Part shown: piece by piece, positions 30,842 through 41,524 of the stretch
Layout: the number at the start of each line of letters is the position of its first letter
How positions within the stretch are numbered: position 1 is the stretch's first letter
Origin: Candidatus Latescibacterota bacterium
GTDB taxonomy: Bacteria > Latescibacterota > CBDEFO01
Direction: 5' to 3'
DNA length: 64,000 nucleotides
Assembly: GCA_965248755.1 (NCBI GenBank)
Contig: OZ252149.1
Location: 2,080,001 to 2,144,000, forward strand
Notes under the pieces: model-generated
Database searches by the model: none
Seen by the model: only the letters and a program-made list of their open reading frames with translations
Told to the model about the DNA's origin: nothing
Made by a program: the position numbers and the translations under genes

Positions 30842-32317
30842 ATGCCGATACTTACACCCATAGTATTCGTCCCGCTGCTGGGAGCTTTGATAATCCTGCT
30901 GATCCCTAAGCAAAACGAAAGGGCCATTAAGATCGTAGCCCTCATAGCCACAGCGGCATGCGTCCTCCTTGCTTTCAATCTATACAATTCGTTTGACCGA
31001 AGTACGACTGAAATGCAGTTTGTCGAACGGCACAGTTGGATCGAATCCTTCAATATAGAATATTTTCTGGGGATAGATGGACTCTCAGTCACGATGGTCC
31101 TTCTGACCGCCCTTTTATCCTTCCTATGCATCCCCGTATCGTGGAAGATTAGCAAAGGTATAAAGGGCTACTTTGCGCTCTTTCTGCTCTTGGAGACCGG
31201 GATGCAGGGCGTATTCTGTTCTCTGGACTTCTTTTTGTTCTACGTATTCTGGGAGGTAATGCTTTTGCCGATGTACTTCCTCATAGGGGTATGGGGCGGC
31301 CCGCGGCGCGAATATGCGGCCATCAAGTTTTTCCTCTACACCCTTTTAGGGAGCGTCGTTCTCTTGTTGGCGATGCTGGCGTTCTACTTCACGACGGAGC
31401 CTCACACGTTCGATATGACGGCACTCATGACCCACAGATACGGCTTCACGTTCCAGATTGCGGTCTATGTAGCTATGTTTATCGGTTTTGCCATTAAGGT
31501 TCCGATATTTCCTTTCCATACGTGGCTCCCCGATGCGCACGTGGAGGCCCCGACAGCCGTAAGCGTCATTTTAGCTGGCGTCCTTTTGAAGATGGGGACT
31601 TACGGCATCCTGCGTTTTAACTTTCAGATGCTCCCAGACGCTACTAAGTACTTCGCAATTCCACTGGCTATACTCGGAGTCATAAACATAATCTACGGGG
31701 CGCTGTGTGCGATGGCACAAACGGATCTCAAGAAGTTGGTGGCATATTCGAGCATAAGCCATATGGGATTCGTACTCCTGGGTGCCGCTTCGTTGACCTC
31801 GGCCGGGATAAACGGAGCCGTCCTTCAGATGTTCAATCACGGCACTACTACGGCCATGCTCTTCTTGCTCGTCGGCGTCATCTACGACAGAGCGCACCAC
31901 AGAGACATTAATGGATTCGGAGGTCTTGGCTCTAAGATGCCCATCTACACGGGCATCACATCATTGGCTTTCTTCGCTTCGCTGGGGCTTCCGGGTCTTT
32001 CCAGCTTCATAAGCGAAGTTTTATGTTTCCTGGGCGCCTTCCAAAAATACTGGGCAGATCCCATGTACAGATGGATAGTGATAATACCTACTCTCGGAGT
32101 AGTCCTGACAGCGGGATATTTCCTCTGGACGTTTCAGAGAATGTTTCTGGGACCTTTGAATCCTAAATATGAAGACCTCCCCGAAATAAACAAAAGAGAG
32201 ATCTTCAGCCTGGCTCCATTAGGGGCCATAGTCATATTCCTCGGCGTCTATCCGATGCCCGTTTTGAACCTTATGAGAACATCTTTAAACAATATCATAA
32301 AGATGGTTGGACCCTGA
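30842..32317 (+). CDS. nuoM: NADH-quinone oxidoreductase subunit M
   Basis: FHTWLPDAHVEAPT, LKMGTYG, AYSSISHMG. Confidence 0.96.
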   Translation: MPILTPIVFVPLLGALIILLIPKQNERAIKIVALIATAACVLLAFNLYNSFDRSTTEMQFVERHSWIESFNIEYFLGIDGLSVTMVLLTALLSFLCIPVSWKISKGIKGYFALFLLLETGMQGVFCSLDFFLFYVFWEVMLLPMYFLIGVWGGPRREYAAIKFFLYTLLGSVVLLLAMLAFYFTTEPHTFDMTALMTHRYGFTFQIAVYVAMFIGFAIKVPIFPFHTWLPDAHVEAPTAVSVILAGVLLKMGTYGILRFNFQMLPDATKYFAIPLAILGVINIIYGALCAMAQTDLKKLVAYSSISHMGFVLLGAASLTSAGINGAVLQMFNHGTTTAMLFLLVGVIYDRAHHRDINGFGGLGSKMPIYTGITSLAFFASLGLPGLSSFISEVLCFLGAFQKYWADPMYRWIVIIPTLGVVLTAGYFLWTFQRMFLGPLNPKYEDLPEINKREIFSLAPLGAIVIFLGVYPMPVLNLMRTSLNNIIKMVGP

Positions 32318-32457
32318 AAAGGTAGACTTGGCACCGTCTTCGTTCCCTATAAAACAGTGAACGTATATAGAGACCAACCTGTGCGTTCACCCATTTGGGA
32401 AAAACAAAGGGAGAAGGATGTGCCTTACCTACTGTCTACTTCGAAAGCGAGAGCTTC

Positions 32458-33930
32458 GTGTTAGAAGAAATTATCAGAAGTAACATAGACAGTCTCAAAT
32501 ATATCTATCCTGAGATCGTCGTCGTACTCACGCTGGTTACTGTGATAATAACGGACCTGCTCCTTAAAAGGAGTAGACAGGCCCCCGTGGCGATTGTTTC
32601 CACGATAGGGCTTATCATAGCCCTCGTTTTGATCGGTCAGCTCTACTCTGAGGAGAGTCGTTCTCTCTTTGCCGGAATGATGGCACTCGATCCATTTTCC
32701 CTCTTTTTTAAGGCTGTCTTTTGCCTTGCCACCATAATAATAACGCTCTTTTCCATTACGTCTCCTGAGGTGCCAGAAGAACGCTCCGGTGAGTATTATG
32801 CTCTCTTGCTGGGGATTGTCCTCGGTGGTTTTATGATGGCCTCCGCGACCAATCTCTTGATGATGTACCTTTCGCTTGAACTTGTCAGCATTCCCTCATA
32901 TGTGCTTGCTTGCTTCCTCAAAAACGACCGCCGCTCTTCAGAGGCCGGGCTTAAATACTCAATCTACGGAGGCGTATCCTCAGGAGCAATGATTTACGGT
33001 ATGTCTCTGCTCTACGGGGCTACGGGTTCAATTAATATTTATCAGATTAGCCAGAGCATAAGTCAGTCACAACATTACGATTTAACGCTTGTGGTATCCA
33101 TCATCCTCATAATGGCCGGACTCGGATACAAGATAGCCTCAGTGCCCTTCCACTTTTGGACTCCCGACGTCTATGAAGGAGCACCCACACCTGTAACAGC
33201 CTATTTTTCAATCGTTCCCAAGGCCGCGGGATTTGCGATGCTCTCCAGATTCTTCTACTCCGGTGTATCCACATCAGAATGGATGCCGCAGATAGACTGG
33301 CCCTATCTTTTGGCCATAATATCCGCTGCCACCATGACGCTCGGCAATTTTGTGGCTATCTGGCAGGACAACTTAAAGAGGCTTCTTGCCTACTCAAGTA
33401 TAGCGCACGCAGGATATATCCTTATGGGGGTTGTAATGCTCTCCCCTGATGGGCTCAAAGCCGTTATGTTCTACATCGCAGTCTACCTGTTTATGAATTT
33501 AGGAGCCTTTCTGGTCGTCATAGCTATCTCCCAAAAGCTCAACACAGAAGACATAAAGGGCTACAGCGGTCTTGGATGGAGATCGCCCTTTGTCGCCGTC
33601 GCCATGACAATCTTCCTCTTCTCACTTACCGGGCTTCCACCTACAGGCGGATTTGTGGGGAAATTTTACCTCTTTGCCGCAGTCATAAAGGGCAAATACT
33701 ACTGGCTCGCCATCGTAGGTGTCCTCAACAGTGTCGTCTCTTTGTACTACTACGCAAGGATAGTAAAGGTTATGTTCTTGGAGGATGCCCTAACAGACGA
33801 AAAAGTGGTAATATCTACTTTGCATACAGTCCTTCTAACTCTGTTGGTTATACCTACGGTTCTGTTGGGAGTTTACTTTGTCCCTCTTGTCAAGCTGGCC
33901 GATAAATCTTTAGAGCTTTTGGGATACTAA
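32458..33930 (+). CDS. nuoN: NADH-quinone oxidoreductase subunit N
   Basis: VPFHFWTPDVYEGAP, KRLLAYSSIAHAGY; start uncertain (GTG 32458 chosen). Confidence 0.95.
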   Translation: MLEEIIRSNIDSLKYIYPEIVVVLTLVTVIITDLLLKRSRQAPVAIVSTIGLIIALVLIGQLYSEESRSLFAGMMALDPFSLFFKAVFCLATIIITLFSITSPEVPEERSGEYYALLLGIVLGGFMMASATNLLMMYLSLELVSIPSYVLACFLKNDRRSSEAGLKYSIYGGVSSGAMIYGMSLLYGATGSINIYQISQSISQSQHYDLTLVVSIILIMAGLGYKIASVPFHFWTPDVYEGAPTPVTAYFSIVPKAAGFAMLSRFFYSGVSTSEWMPQIDWPYLLAIISAATMTLGNFVAIWQDNLKRLLAYSSIAHAGYILMGVVMLSPDGLKAVMFYIAVYLFMNLGAFLVVIAISQKLNTEDIKGYSGLGWRSPFVAVAMTIFLFSLTGLPPTGGFVGKFYLFAAVIKGKYYWLAIVGVLNSVVSLYYYARIVKVMFLEDALTDEKVVISTLHTVLLTLLVIPTVLLGVYFVPLVKLADKSLELLGY

Positions 33931-33933
33931 TAA

Positions 33934-34023
33934 CCCCAAGAAAGTGGTCTGGGCACTGCGTGCGTCGATGCCAACCCTTTTTGCAAAGGGTACGAAGTGG
34001 TTAAGTGGTCGGAGAGCTTCTTG
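33934..34023 (-). repeat. ~90-bp structured element, right inverted copy
   Basis: Starts 4 bp after the nuoN stop; inverted homolog of 25381-25470. Confidence 0.85.
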
Positions 34024-34125
34024 AAAAAGAAGATAATGGGTAGAGTCCGACTGTAATGAATCCTTGACATTTCTTGTGAGTTACAGCATTTTGGTTGTAG
34101 TTTATCAAAGTTACTCGGAACGATT

Positions 34126-34201
<76 letters not shown>

Positions 34202-34289
34202 ATAATTCCATCATAATCAATAAGTTGTGATGGATTTCTTCTTGCCGTTAATATTTAAGTTAATGGAGTAGGAAAGCTGAACTTGGTAC

Positions 34290-35110
34290 GTTGAGAATTT
34301 GTTGATCTGTAGCGATATTGGGGACATGAAAAATTGACCTCGCTGCAGAGGAAGAACATTTTGAGTACTATAAGACTGGTCGGCTGCGTTGTCGTAAGTG
34401 TAAATTGATCCCCAATAGACTCAATTGGGGATTGACCAGAAAACTGGCCACTACCTTTCTGAGAGAAGAGTCGAATTACTCCCCCCGATAGATTCAATCG
34501 GGGGTGCGATACCAGGTTCCATACACAAGGAAGACCATGGAACGCTGGTATAGGATCATCAGAAAGGCAATCTACCATCACACTTTCAAGGAGTTTGAAC
34601 CCCTAGAAGGTGAACTTGAGATGGATGAAACTCTCTTCGGTGGTAGGAGACCTGGTAAAAGAGGTTGGGGTTCCGAAGGCAAACAGATAGTCTTTGGCAT
34701 CTATCAGAGAAAGGGTAAGGTGTTGACCTTTGCTGTCCCCTCAAGGAGTCGTGACTCACTACTGCCTCTTATTACCTAACACAGCAGACCAGGGAGCTTG
34801 TATTACACCGATAGTTGGATAGCCTACGCCTCGCTTTCTATCAGCGGCAACCGCCTGGTAGTGCCAAAAGAGAAGGGCATAGCGAAGGGAAAAGATCACC
34901 TCAATGGGGTGGAAGGCTTCTGGTCGTATGCCAAACACTGGCTCCATCAATATCAAGGCGTTGACAAAAGCTTCTTCCACCTTTACCTTAAAGAGGTAGA
35001 GTGGCGTTTCAACCACCGCCACGAAAATCTACTTCCTCTTATGAGAAAGCTACTCGATCAACAGGCTGTAAGTGACATGAGTTAGTGGAACTTTAGTTAT
35101 GCATTACCCT
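34290..35110 (+). mobile_element. IS1595-family transposase pseudogene
   Basis: Degenerate Zn ribbon (*PRC...CRKC), GELEMDETLFGG..GKRGWG, in-frame TAA at 34777-34779, YTD, HLNGVEGFWS, YLKE.EWRFN; two palindromic elements inside (34410-34430, 34483-34503); boundaries approximate. Confidence 0.85.
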
Positions 35111-35368
35111 AATCAAAAATTCTTTTCGGGTGATGACAATGTCCCGGCAGTAAACTCGGACCACCCCCTTCGCACCCTGCTATCGGCGTGGGCGGCAGAA
35201 ATGGGGAATTCTGGTTAACATGGATAGGCCACTATGACAACACAAAAAGACTCATCCTTTGACGTTGAGAGCAAGAGTAAACAAAGCGTTCAGCTTGGGA
35301 GCCCGAGCCAACGGTCTGCACTTCGATTCACGAAAGACGGACTCACTCCTGACCAGTCCCAATAACCG

Positions 35369-36376
35369 GTGGATCGTCAGCCAATAAACGAGTACGCAGA
35401 GTTGAAACAGTTGGTTAGACAACGCGGACTCTTGGATAAGCAACTCGCTTACTACACCTATAAACTACTCTCAACATTAGGGTTGCTGGCCATCAGCCTT
35501 ACAATCCTTGCACTCGTAGATACCCTCTGGGTGCAGCTCATAAATGCTGGTTTTCTGGCCTTCGTCTTCGCCCAGTTAGGTTTCATCGGCCACGATGCAG
35601 GCCATAGGCAGATCTTTGGGTCGGACCGCAACAATGAAATCGCAGGCCTTGCCGTCTGCTTCTTGTTGGCTTTTGAGTGTAGCTGGTGGATCGATAAGCA
35701 CAATCGCCATCACAACAATCCCAATCACCTGGCTCTGGACCCAGATGCAGACTTTCCCGTTCTGGCTTTCACGAAGGAACAGGCCCTTAAAAAGAAGGGG
35801 TTTTTCAGGTTCATCGTAAAATACCAGGCCTTCCTCTTTTACCCGATGTTGCTTCTCGAGGGACTGGGCCTGCGACTAGCAGGGATTCAATACGTATTTG
35901 CCAACAAAATCAAATATCCTGTAGCAGAACCACTGCTCATGATGTGCCACTTCGCGGTCTACCTTGGCTTCTTATTCTTTTTCTTAAGTCCTTGGCACGC
36001 CGTGTTGTTTATCATAATTAACCAAGCGGTATTGGGTCTGATTGTGGGGTCGGTATTTGCGCCCAATCACAAAGGTATGCTTATGGTGGGCAAAAACGAA
36101 GAGATGGACTTCCTCCGGCGTCAGGTGCTAACTGCTCGAAATGTAAAAGGCCATCCTCTTACTGATTTCTGGTATGGGTGTCTCAACTATCAGATTGAGC
36201 ATCACTTGTTCCCCAACATGCCTCGCAATAATCTGAAGGAAACGCAGGAAATTGCAAAAGCGTTCTGTAAGGAACACTCCATCCCGTATCACGAGACAGG
36301 AATCGTTCAATCTGTGAAGGAAATCCTGCAGCATTTGCACCAGGAAAGCGCGCCATTACGGGAGAGAAAGGCATAA
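35369..36376 (+). CDS. Membrane fatty acid desaturase (front-end type, no cytochrome b5 domain)
   Basis: HDAGH, HNRHH and QIEHHLFP His boxes. Confidence 0.9.
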   Translation: MDRQPINEYAELKQLVRQRGLLDKQLAYYTYKLLSTLGLLAISLTILALVDTLWVQLINAGFLAFVFAQLGFIGHDAGHRQIFGSDRNNEIAGLAVCFLLAFECSWWIDKHNRHHNNPNHLALDPDADFPVLAFTKEQALKKKGFFRFIVKYQAFLFYPMLLLEGLGLRLAGIQYVFANKIKYPVAEPLLMMCHFAVYLGFLFFFLSPWHAVLFIIINQAVLGLIVGSVFAPNHKGMLMVGKNEEMDFLRRQVLTARNVKGHPLTDFWYGCLNYQIEHHLFPNMPRNNLKETQEIAKAFCKEHSIPYHETGIVQSVKEILQHLHQESAPLRERKA

Positions 36377-36768
36377 CATTCCGTCTAATGTTCTTCTAGC
36401 CAGAGAGCCTATGGAGAGATGCGATAGTACAGACAAGAGGCGGCAATCTATTCGAGCATGAAATGAAAAATCCGGGTTGAAAGCCAAGGTTGAAGCGCCT
36501 TGCGTGATGCGCTTTGTGGCGGAGCAGGGGTGCACCGCTGCGGCCCCTGTTTGCTGGGGGACGAAGTGCCAGAAAACCGCGAAGCGGCGAAGTGGGCGAA
36601 GCAATCTGACTTAGGTTTCCTCTCCCTGTGTGTGGGCTACTATTTAGGATCCCTATAAACTTGTGCCTACTATTTTGACGCGATACTTGGCTTTTACCTG
36701 AAGGGAGGGAACCCTGATGTCAAACTCCTTTAATCACGGGCAGTCAGACCGTTTAATCTCCAAATGGG

Positions 36769-38910
36769 GTGATAAAAATGTCTTGGTGTGCAAGAATGGG
36801 TAGTATTTTATGTAAGCTGGCAGGGTTGATTCTGCTTGCTTTGATGGTCACCGCCATCTTTTTAGATGACGCCACCTGTGCGACTATCTACAGGATCGGA
36901 AAGCCCTTTTCGGATGCAGAAAGGACCAGTCTCGAGGGGATAGGGATTGAGGTCCAGCAGTTCAGCTGGGAAGTTTATGAGTCGGTGAAGAACCTGGATG
37001 TGGACTCTCTGAAGGCGGCACATGGCGGCTCAATTGAACCCAAGTTTATCAGGCCGGGTGAGAGCATAGCCGCAACGGCTCTGGACAGAGGAGGATGGAT
37101 AGCCGAAGGTACCCAAGACGATGAGAGGCTAAGCTTCAAAGAGGGATATGAAATCGAAGGCAACGTTGCGAATAACATGATAGACGGGGATCCGACCACG
37201 GCTTTTGTGTGGCCTAGGCCGGCGCCCCCGGGTTGGAAAAGAAACGGCGGAAGATGTCATAAAGCGCCTCACCGGATAGTTATTAACTTAGGCGGACAAT
37301 TTGTCGTCGACAAAGTAAGATTCTACCCTCGTGAAGGAATATCCCCTGATGGTGAGGAATATAAGACTCACTTCATAGAGGACTACCAATTGGGTACCAG
37401 TCAAGGCCGCAGGCCGCAGGATTTCGTCGAGACCTACTTGTGTCGAGGATCAGCTTTCATCCCGAGCTTCCGACAGTTTGCCCAGTACACTCACCCAGGA
37501 ACCGATCTTGACCAATCTGGAGGTCCATCTGGCAAAAGTGAAGACCATGATGATGTTGAAAATATATTTACTGAAGTTATAATACCGCTTGACCCTCCGG
37601 AGAAAATCTCTTATGTCGCGTTGTTGATCTGGCTCCCAATTGTGAAGACGATAGAGATCGCCGAGTTTGAGGTCTTTGGGCCGGAGGGCTTTATAGAAGA
37701 AGCCGCTTATATAGCTGACGTAATTGAGTTGGACGACATCGCCAGTTTCGGCGAGCTCACCTGGTCAGGGAGTCGTGATCCCAGGGCGGAGGCCAATATC
37801 CGAACCAGGAGCGGGACAGATCCTCAGCCGATTGTTTACTGGATACTCAAAGGTCAGCTGCGAACGCAGGTAGTTTTGCCTTCGACCAATGAGGAAGGAG
37901 AAGAGCTCAGCTTAGAGGAGTACAGAAGTGCTTTCTACAAACTCCCGGAAAATGTTTGGGCTGACTCGACTTACGATACGGAAAACTGGAGCTTCTGGTC
38001 TGCTCCTTACAAGTTTGAAAGTCCGGGAGCACCTATCGTCTCTCCTGGTCCCCGCAAATTCCTTCAGATCGGCGTGGATTTTGCCTCCGAAGTTAACGAT
38101 GGCAGCCGGATCGAGTATTTACAGTTTAAGGCCTCTGTGCCTCCTGCGGCTCGAGAGATAGTAGGTGAGATCTTCCCTACAGAAGTCGAGATAGGGAAGG
38201 TAACACACAAGTTCAGCTATTTTGTCAAGGCAACGATGACAGCTGTGGATAAAGGATTCGACACCTTGGAGATCACCACACCTTATGGGGTTAGTTCGGT
38301 CGATTCGCTAAGTGTAGATGGAATCAATCAGGACGGTTTCACCTGGGTGAAAAAGGCCGACGATTCTGGCTTTGAGGTCACATTACCCAGGAAGTTGGAT
38401 ACAGGAGACAGCGGAGTCATAGTTGAAGTGGTCTTCCAAGCTCCTGTTTTGAGGGAGCGCGGGACCTTTTTTGACGGCAGTGTGTTCGACAGCGCACAGC
38501 CTCACGAAGTTCATCAGAAGATCAAGGCTGGCAACGTGGCAGATGAGATCGAAAGCGATGTCCTTACGGTGATAACGTCTTTGGCCGAATCGATATTGTC
38601 CTCACCAGAGGTCTCTCCAAATCCCTTTACACCGAATGGCGACGGTGTCAATGATGTACTGAACCTATCTTATACCATTTTGAGGCTGACTGCCCCTGTT
38701 CCTGTCTCAATCGATATATACGATCTTTCCGGTGTCTTTATAAAGACAGTCTATTCTGGGAACGACTCCGTAGGACAATACCCCCGGCAATGGGATGGTA
38801 GAGACAGCGAGGATAATCTTGTTCCACCCGGGATATATGTGTATCGCGTATCGGTAGAGGCTCAGGAAGGGGAGGAGACGGCGACAGGGACTGTCTCTGT
38901 CGCCTATTAA
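36769..38910 (+). CDS. Secreted protein, discoidin-like N-terminal region + FlgD-Ig/CHU_C-like C-terminus (paralog 1)
   Basis: Signal peptide; MIDGDPTT, KVRFYPR, EIAEFEVFG; PNPFTPNGDGVND...WDGRD...PPGIYVYRV. Confidence 0.8.
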   Translation: MIKMSWCARMGSILCKLAGLILLALMVTAIFLDDATCATIYRIGKPFSDAERTSLEGIGIEVQQFSWEVYESVKNLDVDSLKAAHGGSIEPKFIRPGESIAATALDRGGWIAEGTQDDERLSFKEGYEIEGNVANNMIDGDPTTAFVWPRPAPPGWKRNGGRCHKAPHRIVINLGGQFVVDKVRFYPREGISPDGEEYKTHFIEDYQLGTSQGRRPQDFVETYLCRGSAFIPSFRQFAQYTHPGTDLDQSGGPSGKSEDHDDVENIFTEVIIPLDPPEKISYVALLIWLPIVKTIEIAEFEVFGPEGFIEEAAYIADVIELDDIASFGELTWSGSRDPRAEANIRTRSGTDPQPIVYWILKGQLRTQVVLPSTNEEGEELSLEEYRSAFYKLPENVWADSTYDTENWSFWSAPYKFESPGAPIVSPGPRKFLQIGVDFASEVNDGSRIEYLQFKASVPPAAREIVGEIFPTEVEIGKVTHKFSYFVKATMTAVDKGFDTLEITTPYGVSSVDSLSVDGINQDGFTWVKKADDSGFEVTLPRKLDTGDSGVIVEVVFQAPVLRERGTFFDGSVFDSAQPHEVHQKIKAGNVADEIESDVLTVITSLAESILSSPEVSPNPFTPNGDGVNDVLNLSYTILRLTAPVPVSIDIYDLSGVFIKTVYSGNDSVGQYPRQWDGRDSEDNLVPPGIYVYRVSVEAQEGEETATGTVSVAY

Positions 38911-39036
38911 TTACACTATTACCGGTGGTCAAGCAAGAATTCCCCCGTTCAAAGTGTTAAGGATTCGTTATATCAGCAGAAATTAGATAGATAGCAGTAT
39001 CCAAATCAGGTGTATGTTAGTGAAAGATTGCATAAA
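38911..39036. repeat. Duplicated 3' flank (second copy at 41243-41368)
   Basis: ttcaaagtgttaaggattcgttatatc...tccaaatcaggtgtatgttagt present in both. Confidence 0.8.
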
Positions 39037-39109
39037 GGATTCATGTCAGCCAGCTCTTTATGAAGTTCTGTCAATCAATAAAGGGCAAACTAATTAACAT
39101 TCTTAGTGG

Positions 39110-41242
39110 GTGATGACAATGTCCTGGTTTACAAGAAATAGCAGTGTTCTATCAAAGCTGACAGGATTGATTCTTCTTGCTTTGGTAGTCATCAGTATCT
39201 TTTCAGATGAAGCCACCTGTGCGACTATCTACAGGATCGGAAGGCCGTTTTCACAAGCAGAGAGAGACAGTCTCGAGAGGATAGGGATTGAGGTCCAGCA
39301 GTTCAGCTGGGAAGTTTATGAGTCGGTGCAGAGTCTCGATGTGGACTCTCTGAAAGCGGCGGATGGCGGCTCAATTGAACCCAAGTTTATCAGGGAGGGT
39401 GAGAGCATAGCCGCAACGGCTCTGGACAGAGGAGGATGGATAGCCGAAGGTACCCAATCCGATGAGACGCTAGGCACCCTTGAGAGATATAAAATCCAAG
39501 GCAACATTGGGAACAACATGATAGATGGGGATCCGACCACGGCTTTTGTGTGGCCTTGGCCGCCGCCCCCGGGGGAGCAAAGAGGCGGCGCAAGATGTCA
39601 TAATGCGCCTCACCGGATAGTTATTTACTTAGGCGGACTATTTGTCGTCGATAAAGTAAGATTCTACACTCGTGAAGGAATATCCCCTGAGGGTGAGGAA
39701 TATGAGACTCACTTCATAGAGGACTATGAATTGGGTACCAGCCTTGGCCGCAGGCCGCAGGATTTCTTCGAGAGCTACTTGTGTCGAGGATCAGCTTACA
39801 TCCCGAGCTTCCGACAGTTTGCCAAGTACACTCTCTCACGCACTAATACGCATGAGCCGATTGAAAATATATTTTCTGAAGTTATAATACCGCTTGATCC
39901 TCCGGAGAAAATCTCTTATGTCGCGTTGTTGATCTATACCCCAAATTTGAAGACGATAGAGATCGCCGAGTTTGAGGTCTTAGGCTTACGAGAGAGCTTT
40001 ATAGAAGAATCCGCTTATATAGCTGACATAATTGAGTTGGACGACATCGCCAGTTTCGGCGAGATCACCTGGTCGGGGAGTCGTGATCCCAGGGCGGAGG
40101 CTAATATCCGAACCAGGAGCGGGACAGATCCTCAGCCGATTGTTTACTCGATACTCAAAGGTCCGCTGCTAACGCAGGTAGTTTTGCCTTCGACCGATCA
40201 GAAAGGAGAAGAGCTCAGCTTAGAGGAGTACAGAAGTGACTTCTACAAACTCCCGGATAATGTTCGGGCTGACTCGACTTACGATACGGAAAACTGGAGC
40301 TTCTGGTCTGCTCCTTACAAGTTTGAAAGTCCGGGAGCACCTATCGTCTCTCCTGGTCCCCGCAAATTCTTTCAGATCGGCGTGGATTTTGCCTCCGAAG
40401 TTAACGATGGCAGCCGGATCGAGTATTTACAGTTTAAGGCCTCTGTGCCTCCTGCGGCGCGAGAGATAGTTGGTGAGATCTTCCCTGCGGAAGTCGAGAT
40501 AGGGAAGGTAACACACAAGTTCAGCTATTTTGTCAAGGCAACGATGACAGCTGTGGATAAAGGATTCGACAGTGTTGAGATCACCACACCTTATAGGTTT
40601 AGTTCGGTGGATTCGCTAAGAGTAGATGGCATCAATCAGGACGGTTTCGACTTGAAGGTAAAGGAGGACAGCTTAGGCTTTGAGGTCACATTACCTACGG
40701 ATCCGGAAACTGGACTTCCTAGGAAGTTGGATACAGGAGATAGCGGAGTCATAGTTGAAGTGGTCTTCCAAGCTCCTGTTTTGAGGGAGCGCGGGACCTT
40801 TTTTGACGGCAGGGTGTTCGTCAAGGCAGAGCCTCACGAAGTTCGTCAGAGGATCAAGCCTGGCAACGTTGCAGATGAGATCGAAAGCGATGTCCTTACC
40901 GTGATAACGTCTTTGGCCGAATCGATATTGTCCTCTCCCCAGGTCTCTCCAAATCCCTTTACACCCAATGGCGATGGGGTCAATGACCTATTGAACATAT
41001 CTTATGCTATTCTGAGGTTGACTGCCCCTGTTCCTGTCTCAATCGATATATACGATCTTTCCGGTGACTTTATAAAGACAGTCTATTCTGGGAACGACTC
41101 CGTAGGACAATATATCCGGCATTGGGATGGGGGAGACAATAAGGATAATCTTGTTCCACCCGGGATATATGTGTATCGCGTATCGGTAGAGGCTCAGGAA
41201 GGGGAGGAGACGGCGACAGGGACTATCTCTGTTGTCTATTAA
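39110..41242 (+). CDS. Secreted FlgD-Ig/CHU_C-like protein (tandem paralog 2)
   Basis: Colinear with and highly similar to 36769-38910. Confidence 0.8.
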   Translation: MMTMSWFTRNSSVLSKLTGLILLALVVISIFSDEATCATIYRIGRPFSQAERDSLERIGIEVQQFSWEVYESVQSLDVDSLKAADGGSIEPKFIREGESIAATALDRGGWIAEGTQSDETLGTLERYKIQGNIGNNMIDGDPTTAFVWPWPPPPGEQRGGARCHNAPHRIVIYLGGLFVVDKVRFYTREGISPEGEEYETHFIEDYELGTSLGRRPQDFFESYLCRGSAYIPSFRQFAKYTLSRTNTHEPIENIFSEVIIPLDPPEKISYVALLIYTPNLKTIEIAEFEVLGLRESFIEESAYIADIIELDDIASFGEITWSGSRDPRAEANIRTRSGTDPQPIVYSILKGPLLTQVVLPSTDQKGEELSLEEYRSDFYKLPDNVRADSTYDTENWSFWSAPYKFESPGAPIVSPGPRKFFQIGVDFASEVNDGSRIEYLQFKASVPPAAREIVGEIFPAEVEIGKVTHKFSYFVKATMTAVDKGFDSVEITTPYRFSSVDSLRVDGINQDGFDLKVKEDSLGFEVTLPTDPETGLPRKLDTGDSGVIVEVVFQAPVLRERGTFFDGRVFVKAEPHEVRQRIKPGNVADEIESDVLTVITSLAESILSSPQVSPNPFTPNGDGVNDLLNISYAILRLTAPVPVSIDIYDLSGDFIKTVYSGNDSVGQYIRHWDGGDNKDNLVPPGIYVYRVSVEAQEGEETATGTISVVY

Positions 41243-41524
41243 TTGCACTATTACCGGTGGTCACGCAAAACTTACCCCCTTCAAAGTGTTAAGGATTCGT
41301 TATATCCACAGAAATTGGATAGATAGCAGTATCCAAATCAGGTGTATGTTAGTCTAATTTTGCATAAACGGTTTATGGGAACTAACTCTTATGGGAGAAA
41401 ATTACTCTATAACGGATCGTAGTTCATCGTATACTCCCCAACGGATGAGGAGGTGGAGCAAAGTATCGGGGATTAGTGGTTATTCCACAACAGTTAATAT
41501 CAATCCTAAAGGGGAATTCTGAAA

